21,739 bases of DNA from positions 1 through 21,739 of the forward strand of contig JBMOFD010000029.1 of assembly GCA_049314435.1 (NCBI GenBank). The letters run 5' to 3'. The translations under genes were made by a program, and so were the position numbers. Origin of the DNA: Chlamydiia bacterium. Lineage in GTDB: Bacteria; Chlamydiota; Chlamydiia; Chlamydiales; JBMOFD01. Below are positions 1-8,823 of the stretch, piece after piece; position 1 is the stretch's first letter; each line of letters starts with the position of its first letter. The notes beneath the pieces were generated by a model. The model did not search any database and was not told where the DNA came from. It saw only the letters and a list, made by a program, of their open reading frames with translations.

Positions 1-2
1 AG

Positions 3-2438
3 AAGCGACGAACGTGGATCTACATACCCAGGTGTGGGCAGAGCTAACGCCACGTAGGCCACGCGACCATCGATCACAAAAGCTGGGATCTCTTGTGGCG
101 TTGGTCCGGGAGGAGCAGCGCTGACACCAGGAGCCTTAAGAGAAAGGGAGGTCAGACCTCCAAATCCCTCTTTTTGGAGCTGCTCCCAAGCAGCTCCACT
201 GCAGCTGGCCACGATCTGGGCAGGCCCGCAGAGCCATCCTTCCGCAGCCGCTTTCAGCTTCTCTGCGATCCGAGGTAGTGCCTTGGGGCCCTCATCCACC
301 AGTTGCTTGAGGGTGCGGACGTAACCCAGTCCCGCTGCAGTCACATCGACCGCACTCGCGGGAGAGAAACGTGCTCCGGCGAGCTGGTGCGCAAAACGGT
401 GCGCCAGCCGTGAGAGGCTTGTCTCAATGTGGCTCCATTCCTGGTCCAACAGCTCAGCGAGCCGTTCCAGATCGCTGAAGTCGGGTTGCAGGAGCATCTC
501 GCGCATCAGCTGCAACATCTTCGGCACGTGACGCTCTAGTGCCTTACCGCGTAGGCAGAAGGCTGGCGACCACTGTTTCGGATCATGGGCGGAAGGATAG
601 AGCCCCCCGCCTGCGGAGATGCCGCCTGTATAAGCGAGCAGGTCTTGAAGGGTCTCTGTAAAGGGACGTCCCCCGAATCCACATTCAGATAGCCAGCTCG
701 AGGCAAGCCGCGACCAGAAAATCCCTTCAGGATCGGGCAGCGCCTGTGGCAGATAGAGCTCGACCGTGGTAATTCCGTTGGTGAACACCTCATGATGGAA
801 AAGACGCGTGTCTCCTGCACGTTCCTCTCGCAGTGCATAGGTGCGGATCTCTTGAGGGACATCGGTCAGCTGCAGGCACGGTAGGCAGGTCAGATCCTGA
901 GGTGTCTCCTGCTGCTTTTTTAGCGCCACGGCAGCCGTTACGAGCTTCTCACGATCTTGTGTCGTGAGCGTCTTTTCTAGGTCAGCAAGCGCCTTGGCTT
1001 CAGAGGCCACTTCTTCTTGCGTCTTCTTCGGGTCGGGCCGTATCAACAGAGTGACGCGGTGAGGATTATCGATCAGCTGCTGCTGGATGATGCCCGCAAG
1101 AAACTGCGGATTTTCCAGCGAGCGTCTGAGGCGGTCAAAGCGCCCATGGAAGCCCAATCCATATTCCGCCGGAGCCCCATGTTGCATGGGCAGGATAGAG
1201 CGCCAATAGAGCGAGAGACCAAACGGCCCATCGTCTCCCGTAATCTCAAGCTTCTGTAGCTCGAGCTGATCAAGAGCCCCGACCAGCTGCTCCGCTGGGA
1301 TCCCATCACGCACAATTTGCTTCAACGCATCTAAGGTAAGCTGCTCGAGCTGATGAGCAGCCTTCTCGGTTTGCTTGGCGGGCAGGCCACGGAACATCAG
1401 CACGAAGGGTGCTTCGCTCATCTCATCTTCAAAGGTGCTGTCCACGTCCTGACAGAGCTCTGACTCCATCAAGGCCCGCTTTAGCGGTGAGGCGTCGGTT
1501 CCCATCAAGACCATCTGGAGGAGCTCTAGAGCGAGCTGCTGGTCAAGATCCATGATGGAGGTGGTGAGCCACCCCATGGCTAAGAGGATCTGTCCGCTCT
1601 GCTCTGAGGGGTAGGTACTCTCGCACCATTTGGGTTCTGTGAACCGTGGCTGAGGGGGGATCGGTGGCAGGGGAGCCGGATGATCAGGGAACTCCTCTAG
1701 GCAGTGCTCCAGCTGAGGGAGATACTCCTCAAGCGGTCGGTTGCCGTAGAAGAAGAGGATACTGCGACCTGGGTGGTAGAACTCCTGGTGGAAGCGACGG
1801 AGCTCCTCGACCGATAGCGTGGGGATCTCAACAGGATCACCGCCGCTGTTCACGCGGTAGGTAAGGTCGGGGAACAGCTCCGACATCAGCTCCTTCCAGC
1901 AGCGAGACTCGGGAGAGCCCATCGCGCCCTTCATCTCGTTATAGACCACACCGCGGAAAGTCAGAGGGGAGGAGGCGTCCTCCATCTTCTCAAATTCAAC
2001 ACGCCAGCCCTCTTGCCGGAAGTTCTCATCGCGCAGCAACGGCCGGAATACGGCATCGAGATACACCTCAAAGAGATGATCCAGATCTTTAGAGATCAGA
2101 GAAGCGGCTGGATAGGCGGTGAAGTCCGCTCCAGTGAACGCATTCAAAAAGGTGTGCAGGCTCCGACGTCCCATTGCCATGAAGGGATCGTGGATGGGAT
2201 AGCGCTTTGATCCGCAAAGGACCAGATGTTCCAAGATGTGAGCTACACCGTGAGAAGCCTGAGGCTCTGTCCGCAAGCTAATGCAAAAGAGGTTCTCTGG
2301 ATCATCGTTTGAAAGGTGGATGATCCGAGCGCCAGTGGGCTTATGATGGGCCTCTGTGAGCACCAGCTGTAGATCGGGGAGGGGAACCACTCGATCGATG
2401 ATGAACGACCCAGTGGACTCGGTGACGGAGGAAGCCAT
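3..2438 (-). CDS. Insulinase-family (M16C, presequence protease PreP-like) zinc metallopeptidase; 3' end runs off the window
   Basis: Not in the ORF track because there is no stop in the window. Manual translation from ATG 2438 (GAAAGGGG RBS upstream) gives MASSVTESTGSFIIDRVVPLPDLQLVLTEAHHKPTGARIIHLSNDDPENLFCISLRTEPQASHGVAHILEHLVLCGSKRYPIHDPF...LNAFTGADFTAYPAAS. This has the inverted zinc motif HILEH (HxxEH) and the PreP-type NAFT..D.T.YP motif. The same frame reads ...AFVIDGRVAYVALALPTPGYVDPRSSL at the window edge. Confidence 0.92.
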   Translation of the reverse strand, partial: MASSVTESTGSFIIDRVVPLPDLQLVLTEAHHKPTGARIIHLSNDDPENLFCISLRTEPQASHGVAHILEHLVLCGSKRYPIHDPFMAMGRRSLHTFLNAFTGADFTAYPAASLISKDLDHLFEVYLDAVFRPLLRDENFRQEGWRVEFEKMEDASSPLTFRGVVYNEMKGAMGSPESRCWKELMSELFPDLTYRVNSGGDPVEIPTLSVEELRRFHQEFYHPGRSILFFYGNRPLEEYLPQLEHCLEEFPDHPAPLPPIPPQPRFTEPKWCESTYPSEQSGQILLAMGWLTTSIMDLDQQLALELLQMVLMGTDASPLKRALMESELCQDVDSTFEDEMSEAPFVLMFRGLPAKQTEKAAHQLEQLTLDALKQIVRDGIPAEQLVGALDQLELQKLEITGDDGPFGLSLYWRSILPMQHGAPAEYGLGFHGRFDRLRRSLENPQFLAGIIQQQLIDNPHRVTLLIRPDPKKTQEEVASEAKALADLEKTLTTQDREKLVTAAVALKKQQETPQDLTCLPCLQLTDVPQEIRTYALREERAGDTRLFHHEVFTNGITTVELYLPQALPDPEGIFWSRLASSWLSECGFGGRPFTETLQDLLAYTGGISAGGGLYPSAHDPKQWSPAFCLRGKALERHVPKMLQLMREMLLQPDFSDLERLAELLDQEWSHIETSLSRLAHRFAHQLAGARFSPASAVDVTAAGLGYVRTLKQLVDEGPKALPRIAEKLKAAAEGWLCGPAQIVASCSGAAWEQLQKEGFGGLTSLSLKAPGVSAAPPGPTPQEIPAFVIDGRVAYVALALPTPGYVDPRSSL

Positions 2439-2449
2439 GAGACCCCTTT

Positions 2450-3742
2450 CTATGAACATGGTTGGGCGAGCTGTACGACGCCAGACATCTTAAGCATCAC
2501 AGCCACAATCGTCACGAGGATCGCAGTCCCCCCAAGAGAGAGGATGATCCGTGGGATGCGGGGAGTGAGTCTCTTCTCCGAGGCAAGCAAGATGGTCAGG
2601 GAGACCATCGCAATCGCCAGCGAACCGAAGAGAGAGAGGAAGTTCTGCGTAAGAGGATAGGTCGCTATGAAGAGGCTGGTGGCTTCAGGTGGCAAACCGA
2701 TCTGGTCGATCAAGAAGGAGATGGAGTTGATCGGACTACCAAAGACGGCTAACACTCCCAGCAAGAGCACTTTCACATGATGCACAAAGCTGACTGGAAT
2801 GTTGAAGAAGAAGGCAAAGAAGAAGACCGAAAGCAGAACAAAGAGGTTCCCAAAAGGAATATTGAAGACCAGCGGAACGAGGGTCTCAAAGGAGGTCCTT
2901 TCGTTCGATGAGGATCTTGGTTCCAGCACTCGCTTCAATCCCTCGATTAGGTAGGGGATGGCAATCAAGGTGGTCCCGGCCGTGAAGGCGAGGAGCATCG
3001 GGGCCTTCAGCTCGCGCAGCAACCGCCATGGAGAGATCGGGGTGATCGCCCGGCAGAGGGTGGGGATGGTCCAGAAGGTCAGGATCAGACACCCAAATAC
3101 TGAAGTCAGAATGTACAGCTCGATCTTGCAGAACTCAGCCAATGTCCAGGTCCCTGTCGATACAGCCAACAGAGCAAAGACCCCAATGGGAGCCAGGTGA
3201 CCGATCCACTGGGCCATCCGTGTCAGAACCTCTAGCGCTCCGCTGAAGAAATCAAGCAGGTGGCGTTTGTTGGCTGTGCGCAGGAGGGCAGCTCCAAAGA
3301 GCAGGCTAAAGAGCACGATGGCGGGCACGACGTTATTCGCCAGGGCAGCAAAGACGTTCTCTGGGATCAGCACCTGCAGCAAGTGGCCAGCAATCCCTAC
3401 CGAATCGGTCGTGAAGGGAGTGGGACCGCCAGCATGAGCGGCTGGATAGGTCCCTGCTAGCCCTTCGATCACACAGAGGATGATGATCCAGGCTCCAGAC
3501 ACTACCACCAGTCCAGCAGAAAGCAGCTTACGGGCGCTCTCTGGAGGCATGCTGCCGGTGCCGTGCACCAGGCTGCAGACCATGTAGGGAAGAACAGTCA
3601 TCTTCAGCAGCATCACAAAGGCATTGCCGATGGGTGCTAAGGCTCGACAGGCGTCACCAAACATAAATCCGGTGAAGATGCCAAGGACCATCGCAAAGAA
3701 AATGCGGCTGGCTGCGGGTCGTTTGAGAGAGTAGGATTCCAT
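2450..3742 (-). CDS. Dicarboxylate/amino acid:cation symporter (SDF/DAACS family)
   Basis: 430-aa polytopic membrane protein with FVMLLKMTVLP, IPENVFAAL..N...IVLFSLLFG and APIGVFAL motifs typical of the SDF family. Ends 11 bp before the protease start, so probably co-transcribed with it. Confidence 0.85.
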   Translation of the reverse strand: MESYSLKRPAASRIFFAMVLGIFTGFMFGDACRALAPIGNAFVMLLKMTVLPYMVCSLVHGTGSMPPESARKLLSAGLVVVSGAWIIILCVIEGLAGTYPAAHAGGPTPFTTDSVGIAGHLLQVLIPENVFAALANNVVPAIVLFSLLFGAALLRTANKRHLLDFFSGALEVLTRMAQWIGHLAPIGVFALLAVSTGTWTLAEFCKIELYILTSVFGCLILTFWTIPTLCRAITPISPWRLLRELKAPMLLAFTAGTTLIAIPYLIEGLKRVLEPRSSSNERTSFETLVPLVFNIPFGNLFVLLSVFFFAFFFNIPVSFVHHVKVLLLGVLAVFGSPINSISFLIDQIGLPPEATSLFIATYPLTQNFLSLFGSLAIAMVSLTILLASEKRLTPRIPRIILSLGGTAILVTIVAVMLKMSGVVQLAQPCS

Positions 3743-4107
3743 AGATTTTGGGAACTGCCGAATGGGGCCGCCTCATCCTAGCAAGAGGTGCCTCTTTTGC
3801 GCTTGCAGTTTCTCTACTCGGCCATACCACGGATGGAGCTAAACCGGAAGAGCAGGAGGCCTTTCTCTAGAGGATGTCGGCGAGGAAAACCCTCAGATAT
3901 CAATGAGGAGGCAATTCGCCTAAAACCAGGTCAGTCGGTCATCAAATCGATGGTCTGGGGTTGATCGACAATGTCGACTTTCTATGTGGCTGATTGCGAG
4001 CAACTTAGGTATCATGGAGGTTAACTAAAAGGCCTTCGAGGCTTAATCCAGCCTCAATTTTTGGCCTTGCAGAATGGCTCATCCATACCTGTGCTCTGTT
4101 TTTGTCA

Positions 4108-4123
4108 ATACAAGATATAGTAT
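4108..4123. promoter_or_regulatory. NrdR box 1
   Basis: ATACAAGATATAGTAT matches the NrdR consensus acaCwAtATaTwGtgt, upstream of nrdAB. Confidence 0.85.
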
Positions 4124-4139
4124 GCTCTCAGACAGCGCC

Positions 4140-4155
4140 CTACTACAGATAGTGG
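4140..4155. promoter_or_regulatory. NrdR box 2
   Basis: CTACTACAGATAGTGG; starts 32 bp after box 1, the characteristic ~3-helical-turn spacing of tandem NrdR boxes. Confidence 0.8.
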
Positions 4156-4416
4156 TTTTTGGTTGCCGAAGGGGGGTAGCTTTGTTAGCATCCCGAATCG
4201 GAAGCGATGCCAAGGACCCCGACGATTTCGGGGAACTCCCCTCTGTTGAGGGAGGCCAGAGATGGTGGCACAGGGACCTGGAGAAAGAGGGTATGAGCAA
4301 GCGGTCAGCGCATGCCAACTCCTCTTGGACAGGTCATCGTCTTATTGGAATGAATCACCAAATTGTAGGGAGCACGACCGTCCTGGGTGCAGGGTGGGGT
4401 CGTGTCAGCAGCGAAT

Positions 4417-7400
4417 ATGGATCATGAAAATCCTCAGATGGCCACGATGGAAAGCGGATTAGCCTCGCCCTCTCAGACAGGGTCGATTCGATTGGACCTC
4501 CCGCAGGTGGTGTTGGTCGTGAAGCGCAATGGCATGCTTGTGCCCTTTGCAAGAGAAAGGATCGTGCGAGCGATCGAGCTGGCCTTTAGGGATACGAAGA
4601 AGATCCATGCAGATGGACCTCTCTCTTTAGAGGTGCGTCAGGTGGTGGAGCATGTCACCTATTTGGTGATCCAGGAGCTGGCGAAGCAGGCTTCGCAGGG
4701 ATCTGCCCTGACCGTTGAAGGGATCCAGGATCTGGTCGAGATCAAGTTGATGGAGTCTGGCCACCTGGATGTAGCTCGCGACTACATCATCTATCGGAAT
4801 GAGCATAAGGCTCTGCGCGAGGGCGCCCCTCAGCACTTCAAGATCGTTCGACGTGCAGGGGAACCACCCGTACGGTTCAATCCCATCAAGATCGCAGGGG
4901 ATCTGGAGAGGATCTTCCGTCAGGCAGGTCACATCCAAGGTGCTTTACCTGGCGATGTGATCGACATGGTCAATGGGCTGACACAGCTCGTCGTCCAGGC
5001 TGCGATGGAGTGGGCCACAGCTGGGAACCAGCTATCCACAGGCTGGGTGCAGGATGAGATCGAACGACAGCTGATGCAGGCGGGTCAGTTCGAGATCGCC
5101 AAGGGATACATCGTAGCGCGTCAGCAGAAGGCGCCTAAAGGGACAGAGACTTCGGCGCACGAACCAGTGGCTGAGGCAGCGGTTCCTGTTGAGGTGAGAG
5201 CTGAACCGATAGCGGTAGCACCCGTCCTGGGAGCGAAGGCTGCCATCACGGTGGTCGGGCCCCGTGGGAGCTACATCATCACAGAAGCAGAGGTGCGCAA
5301 CCGCATTGGCCATGCTGCCAAAGATCTACCTGGGGTCCGGGTGGAGGAGATGGTGCGTCTGACGAGCGAGAGCTTCTATGAGGGCATGAGAGAGGATGAG
5401 CTCGAGCAGGCCTATCTGATGGCAGCCCGGTCCAAGATCGAGTGGGATCCGGACTACAGCAAGTTTGCTGCTCGTTTCCTCGTCGATACGATGTATCGCG
5501 ATCTGTTGGGTTGTGCCGCGCATGCTCCAGAGTTCGAGAGCTCCTATCGCAAGTACTTCGTTGACTACATGCACCATGGCGTGAAGATCGGCCGTGTGGA
5601 TGCTCGGTTGTTGGAGTTTGACCTAGAGCGACTGGGTGCAGCTCTTGACGCCTCTAGGGATCGGCAGTTCGCCTATCTGGGTCTACAGACGTTATGGGAC
5701 CGCTACTTCATTCACGAGCATCAGCGTCGTCTTGAGCTGCCACAGATCTTCTGGATGCGCGTGGCTATGGGCCTGTGCCTCTTTGAGGAGAATCGTAATG
5801 AGAGAGCTATCGAGTTCTACAACACGATCTCCAAGTTCCTCTATTGCCCAGCGACTCCCACGCTCTTCAATAGCGGCACCTGCCACCCTCAACTGAGCAG
5901 CTGCTACCTGTCGACCGTGAAGGACGATCTGGGACATATCTTCAAGGTGATCTCCGATGATGCTCAGCTCTCCAAATGGGCTGGAGGCATTGGCAATGAC
6001 TGGACGTCTGTTCGTGCGACCGGGGCCCTCATCAAGGGGACCAACGGAACAAGCCAGGGCATCATTCCCTTCCTCAAAGTGGCCAACGATACCGCTGTAG
6101 CGGTGAATCAGTGCTTCTCACCTGAAACTCTGATCTATACGCAAGAAGGCCTCCAGCAGATTGCCAATGTGGAGATCGGGGACCTGGTTCTAGGGGTGAG
6201 TGGTGCCTACCGTAGCGTGCTGGACAAGTTCACCTACAATCAGAAAGACCCGATGGTCACTCTTTCCATCAAGCACGCTTTAGAGCCGGTCAGCGTGACC
6301 TCTGGTCATCCGTTCTATGCGATCTGTGGTGTTCCCATGGAGCAGGCGAATCAGCGCACACACCAATGGTTGGCTAAGGGCAAGGTGAAGTGCGAGTGGG
6401 TCGACGCAGGCGCTCTCAAGAAGGGCGACTATGTAGCACAGATAGTTCCCAAAGAAGTAGTTGATGTTGCAGATGTCAGCGAAGATGAAGCGCGCCTCTA
6501 TGGCATCTTGTTGGGAGATGGACACCTTTCTAAGAATGGACATGAGTGGGGCATAGCCGGAAATCCTCAGGCTGATACGCACCTAGAGTTCGTGCGCAAA
6601 ATCCTCGCCGACCGCGGCATCCACTACTGGGAGACAGCAAGTGGAACGACCTATGTGCAGATCCATTGGGCTGCAGGTCGAGGTGCTGTGCGCGATGGGA
6701 CAACTGGTCGTATCACAGGCAGTGGAGCGGCCACGATGCCGTTCGATCGAGACGATCTCTATGATGCTGAAGGGCGCAAGCGCATTGCTCCTAGACTGGC
6801 CCACCTACCAAGAGCCAAGGCTTTGGCTCTTGTGCAGGGGTTGATTGAGACCGATGGCTGTGTATCGCGGGGCAAAGAGATCACCTTCACCAACACGTCA
6901 CAGCCTCTCGTAGAGGGGTTGCGCTACCAGATGCTGCGCCTGGGCGTGCCGACTGCTGGTAGGAAGCGTGTGCGGGACCAAGCTCATGTGGGCACACGTT
7001 CCGATGGTTCGGAAGTGCGCATTGACGGGACGACCATCTGCTATGATCTGCGCATCCCAGCGCTGCCTGAGTTGGCAGAACGCCTTGGCTGCGAGCCATT
7101 GACCAAGCAGAATTGGCTCACGGTCAATGGTATGATCTTCACTCGTGTCACAGGGGTGATTTCGAGAGAACCGACACCGTTTGTATGCGATCTTGTGGTC
7201 GAGGGCGATGAGTCCTATATGACCACAGCAGGTCTTGCTCATAACGGTGGAAAGCGTAAGGGCGCAATGTGTGCCTATCTCGAGACTTGGCACCTGGACA
7301 TCGAAGACTTCTTAGAGCTCCGTAAGAACACGGGAGATGAGCGTCGTCGTACTCATGACATGAACACGGCGAACTGGATTCCAGATCTTTTCTTCCAAAG

Positions 7401-8802
7401 GATGTTGGAAGGTGGCATGTGGACGCTCTTTAGCCCCAATGATGTGCCGGATCTGCATGAAGTGTGTGGTCTAAAGTTCAAGGAGCGATATGAAGCTTAT
7501 GAGCGGATGACGGAGACCGGCGAGATCAAGCTCTTCAAGCGTGTAGAAGCACTCCAGCTATGGCGTCGGATGTTGAGCATGCTCTTTGAAACAGGCCATC
7601 CATGGATGACCTTCAAAGATCCATCCAACCTACGATCTCCTCAGCAGCACGTGGGTGTGGTGCGCAGTAGCAACCTTTGCACTGAAATTCTGCTCAACTC
7701 CTCTGAGGAGGAGACAGCGGTGTGCAACTTGGGTTCCATTAACCTGGCGATGCACTGCACTCCTCAGGGTATGGATGAGAAATTGCTCTCCCAGACCGTA
7801 CGATTGGCTCTGCGCATGTTGGACAACGTGATCGACATCAACTTCTACCCCACGAAGGAGGCGTCGAATAGCAACCACCGCCACCGTCCAGTGGGATTGG
7901 GATTGATGGGCTTCCAGGATGCTCTCTATATCCAAGGAATCTCCTATGCGTCCCCAGCAGCTGTCGAATTTGCAGACAGCAGCATGGAGATGATCAGCTT
8001 CTATGCTTTATTGAGCAGCAGCGAGCTGGCTAGAGAACGAGGCGCGTACAGTACCTACAAGGGATCTCTGTGGGACCAGGGGCTACTACCTATCGATACG
8101 ATCGATATCATGGAGAAGCATCGTGGAAGCGAGTTCTACCAGATGGACCGTTCGACACGGATGCCGTGGCATGAGGTGAGAGAATCGATCCGCCGTTACG
8201 GGATACGCAATAGCAACACGATGGCGATTGCTCCGACCGCGACGATCTCGAACATCACAGGTGTGACGCAGTCGATCGAACCGACCTACAAGAACCTCTT
8301 CGTGAAGTCGAACCTCTCCGGAGAGTTCACAGTGCCCAATAGCTACCTCGTTGAGGTGTTGAAAGCGAAGGGGATCTGGGACGAAGAGATGATCGATGAC
8401 CTCAAGTATTTCGATGGCTCTCTGCTGGAAATCCATCGCATTTCCGATGAGGTCAAGCAGCTCTTTCTTACGGCGTTTGAGATCGAGCCAGCCTGGATCA
8501 TCGAATGTGGAAGTCGTCGCCAGAAGTGGCTGGATATGGGACAATCTCTCAACCTCTACATGGCAGAGCCGAGTGGGAAGAAGCTCAGCGATATGTACGT
8601 AGATGCCTGGAAGAAAGGCCTCAAGACGACCTACTATTTGAGGACGTTGGGTGCGACGCAGATTGAGAAGTCCACCACAGATATCAACAAGCGCGGCTTA
8701 CAGCCTCGCTGGATGAAGAACAAGTCCGCGTCTGCCAACATTACGGTGGAACGTTCGGCTACGGTGTGTGCCCTCGGTGAGGGATGTGAGAGCTGTCAAT
8801 AG
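4417..8802 (+). CDS. nrdA: Ribonucleoside-diphosphate reductase class I alpha subunit with tandem N-terminal ATP cones, interrupted by an intein
   Basis: Motifs PATPTLFN, QLSSCYL, SSNLCTEI (catalytic N/C/E), AVCNLGS, APTATIS, KTTYYLR and C-terminal CESCQ. ATP-cone starts VVKRNG and IVRRAG, plus a third degenerate cone. Start uncertain (GTG 4387, ATG 4417 or ATG 4438). Confidence 0.97.
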   Translation: MDHENPQMATMESGLASPSQTGSIRLDLPQVVLVVKRNGMLVPFARERIVRAIELAFRDTKKIHADGPLSLEVRQVVEHVTYLVIQELAKQASQGSALTVEGIQDLVEIKLMESGHLDVARDYIIYRNEHKALREGAPQHFKIVRRAGEPPVRFNPIKIAGDLERIFRQAGHIQGALPGDVIDMVNGLTQLVVQAAMEWATAGNQLSTGWVQDEIERQLMQAGQFEIAKGYIVARQQKAPKGTETSAHEPVAEAAVPVEVRAEPIAVAPVLGAKAAITVVGPRGSYIITEAEVRNRIGHAAKDLPGVRVEEMVRLTSESFYEGMREDELEQAYLMAARSKIEWDPDYSKFAARFLVDTMYRDLLGCAAHAPEFESSYRKYFVDYMHHGVKIGRVDARLLEFDLERLGAALDASRDRQFAYLGLQTLWDRYFIHEHQRRLELPQIFWMRVAMGLCLFEENRNERAIEFYNTISKFLYCPATPTLFNSGTCHPQLSSCYLSTVKDDLGHIFKVISDDAQLSKWAGGIGNDWTSVRATGALIKGTNGTSQGIIPFLKVANDTAVAVNQCFSPETLIYTQEGLQQIANVEIGDLVLGVSGAYRSVLDKFTYNQKDPMVTLSIKHALEPVSVTSGHPFYAICGVPMEQANQRTHQWLAKGKVKCEWVDAGALKKGDYVAQIVPKEVVDVADVSEDEARLYGILLGDGHLSKNGHEWGIAGNPQADTHLEFVRKILADRGIHYWETASGTTYVQIHWAAGRGAVRDGTTGRITGSGAATMPFDRDDLYDAEGRKRIAPRLAHLPRAKALALVQGLIETDGCVSRGKEITFTNTSQPLVEGLRYQMLRLGVPTAGRKRVRDQAHVGTRSDGSEVRIDGTTICYDLRIPALPELAERLGCEPLTKQNWLTVNGMIFTRVTGVISREPTPFVCDLVVEGDESYMTTAGLAHNGGKRKGAMCAYLETWHLDIEDFLELRKNTGDERRRTHDMNTANWIPDLFFQRMLEGGMWTLFSPNDVPDLHEVCGLKFKERYEAYERMTETGEIKLFKRVEALQLWRRMLSMLFETGHPWMTFKDPSNLRSPQQHVGVVRSSNLCTEILLNSSEEETAVCNLGSINLAMHCTPQGMDEKLLSQTVRLALRMLDNVIDINFYPTKEASNSNHRHRPVGLGLMGFQDALYIQGISYASPAAVEFADSSMEMISFYALLSSSELARERGAYSTYKGSLWDQGLLPIDTIDIMEKHRGSEFYQMDRSTRMPWHEVRESIRRYGIRNSNTMAIAPTATISNITGVTQSIEPTYKNLFVKSNLSGEFTVPNSYLVEVLKAKGIWDEEMIDDLKYFDGSLLEIHRISDEVKQLFLTAFEIEPAWIIECGSRRQKWLDMGQSLNLYMAEPSGKKLSDMYVDAWKKGLKTTYYLRTLGATQIEKSTTDINKRGLQPRWMKNKSASANITVERSATVCALGEGCESCQ
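6112..7245 (+). mobile_element. Intein (378 aa) with LAGLIDADG homing endonuclease domain in NrdA; atypical +1 Gly
   Basis: Begins CFSPETLIYTQEG (block A, Cys1) and has VTSGHPF (block B TxxH), LYGILLGDGHL and LVQGLIETDGCV (LAGLIDADG blocks), VCDLVVEGDESY (block F), ending LAHN (block G). Removing it restores AVNQ|GGKRKGAMC. Confidence 0.95.
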
Positions 8803-8823
8803 TGTTTGAGAAGAGGAAATTAT

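Noticed and set aside
93..2210. Short ORFs in the track over 93-2210 (61-108 aa, both strands)
   Set aside because: They are shadows of the long minus-strand M16 peptidase frame, which the track missed because it has no stop in the window.
4160..4416. Cobalamin riboswitch upstream of nrdAB
   Set aside because: The conserved B12-box and the GGGAA...GCCACTG core could not be located; retained only as an unassigned structured leader.
4074..4552. ORFs 4074-4427, 4079-4318, 4262-4462 and 4355-4552 as leader peptides or genes
   Set aside because: They overlap the NrdR boxes or the nrdA start, and have no recognisable motifs or clear RBS.
6112..7245. Group I/II intron explanation for the nrdA insert
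   Set aside because: The insert is an exact in-frame 378-codon segment with protein-splicing motifs at both ends and no stop or non-coding flanks.
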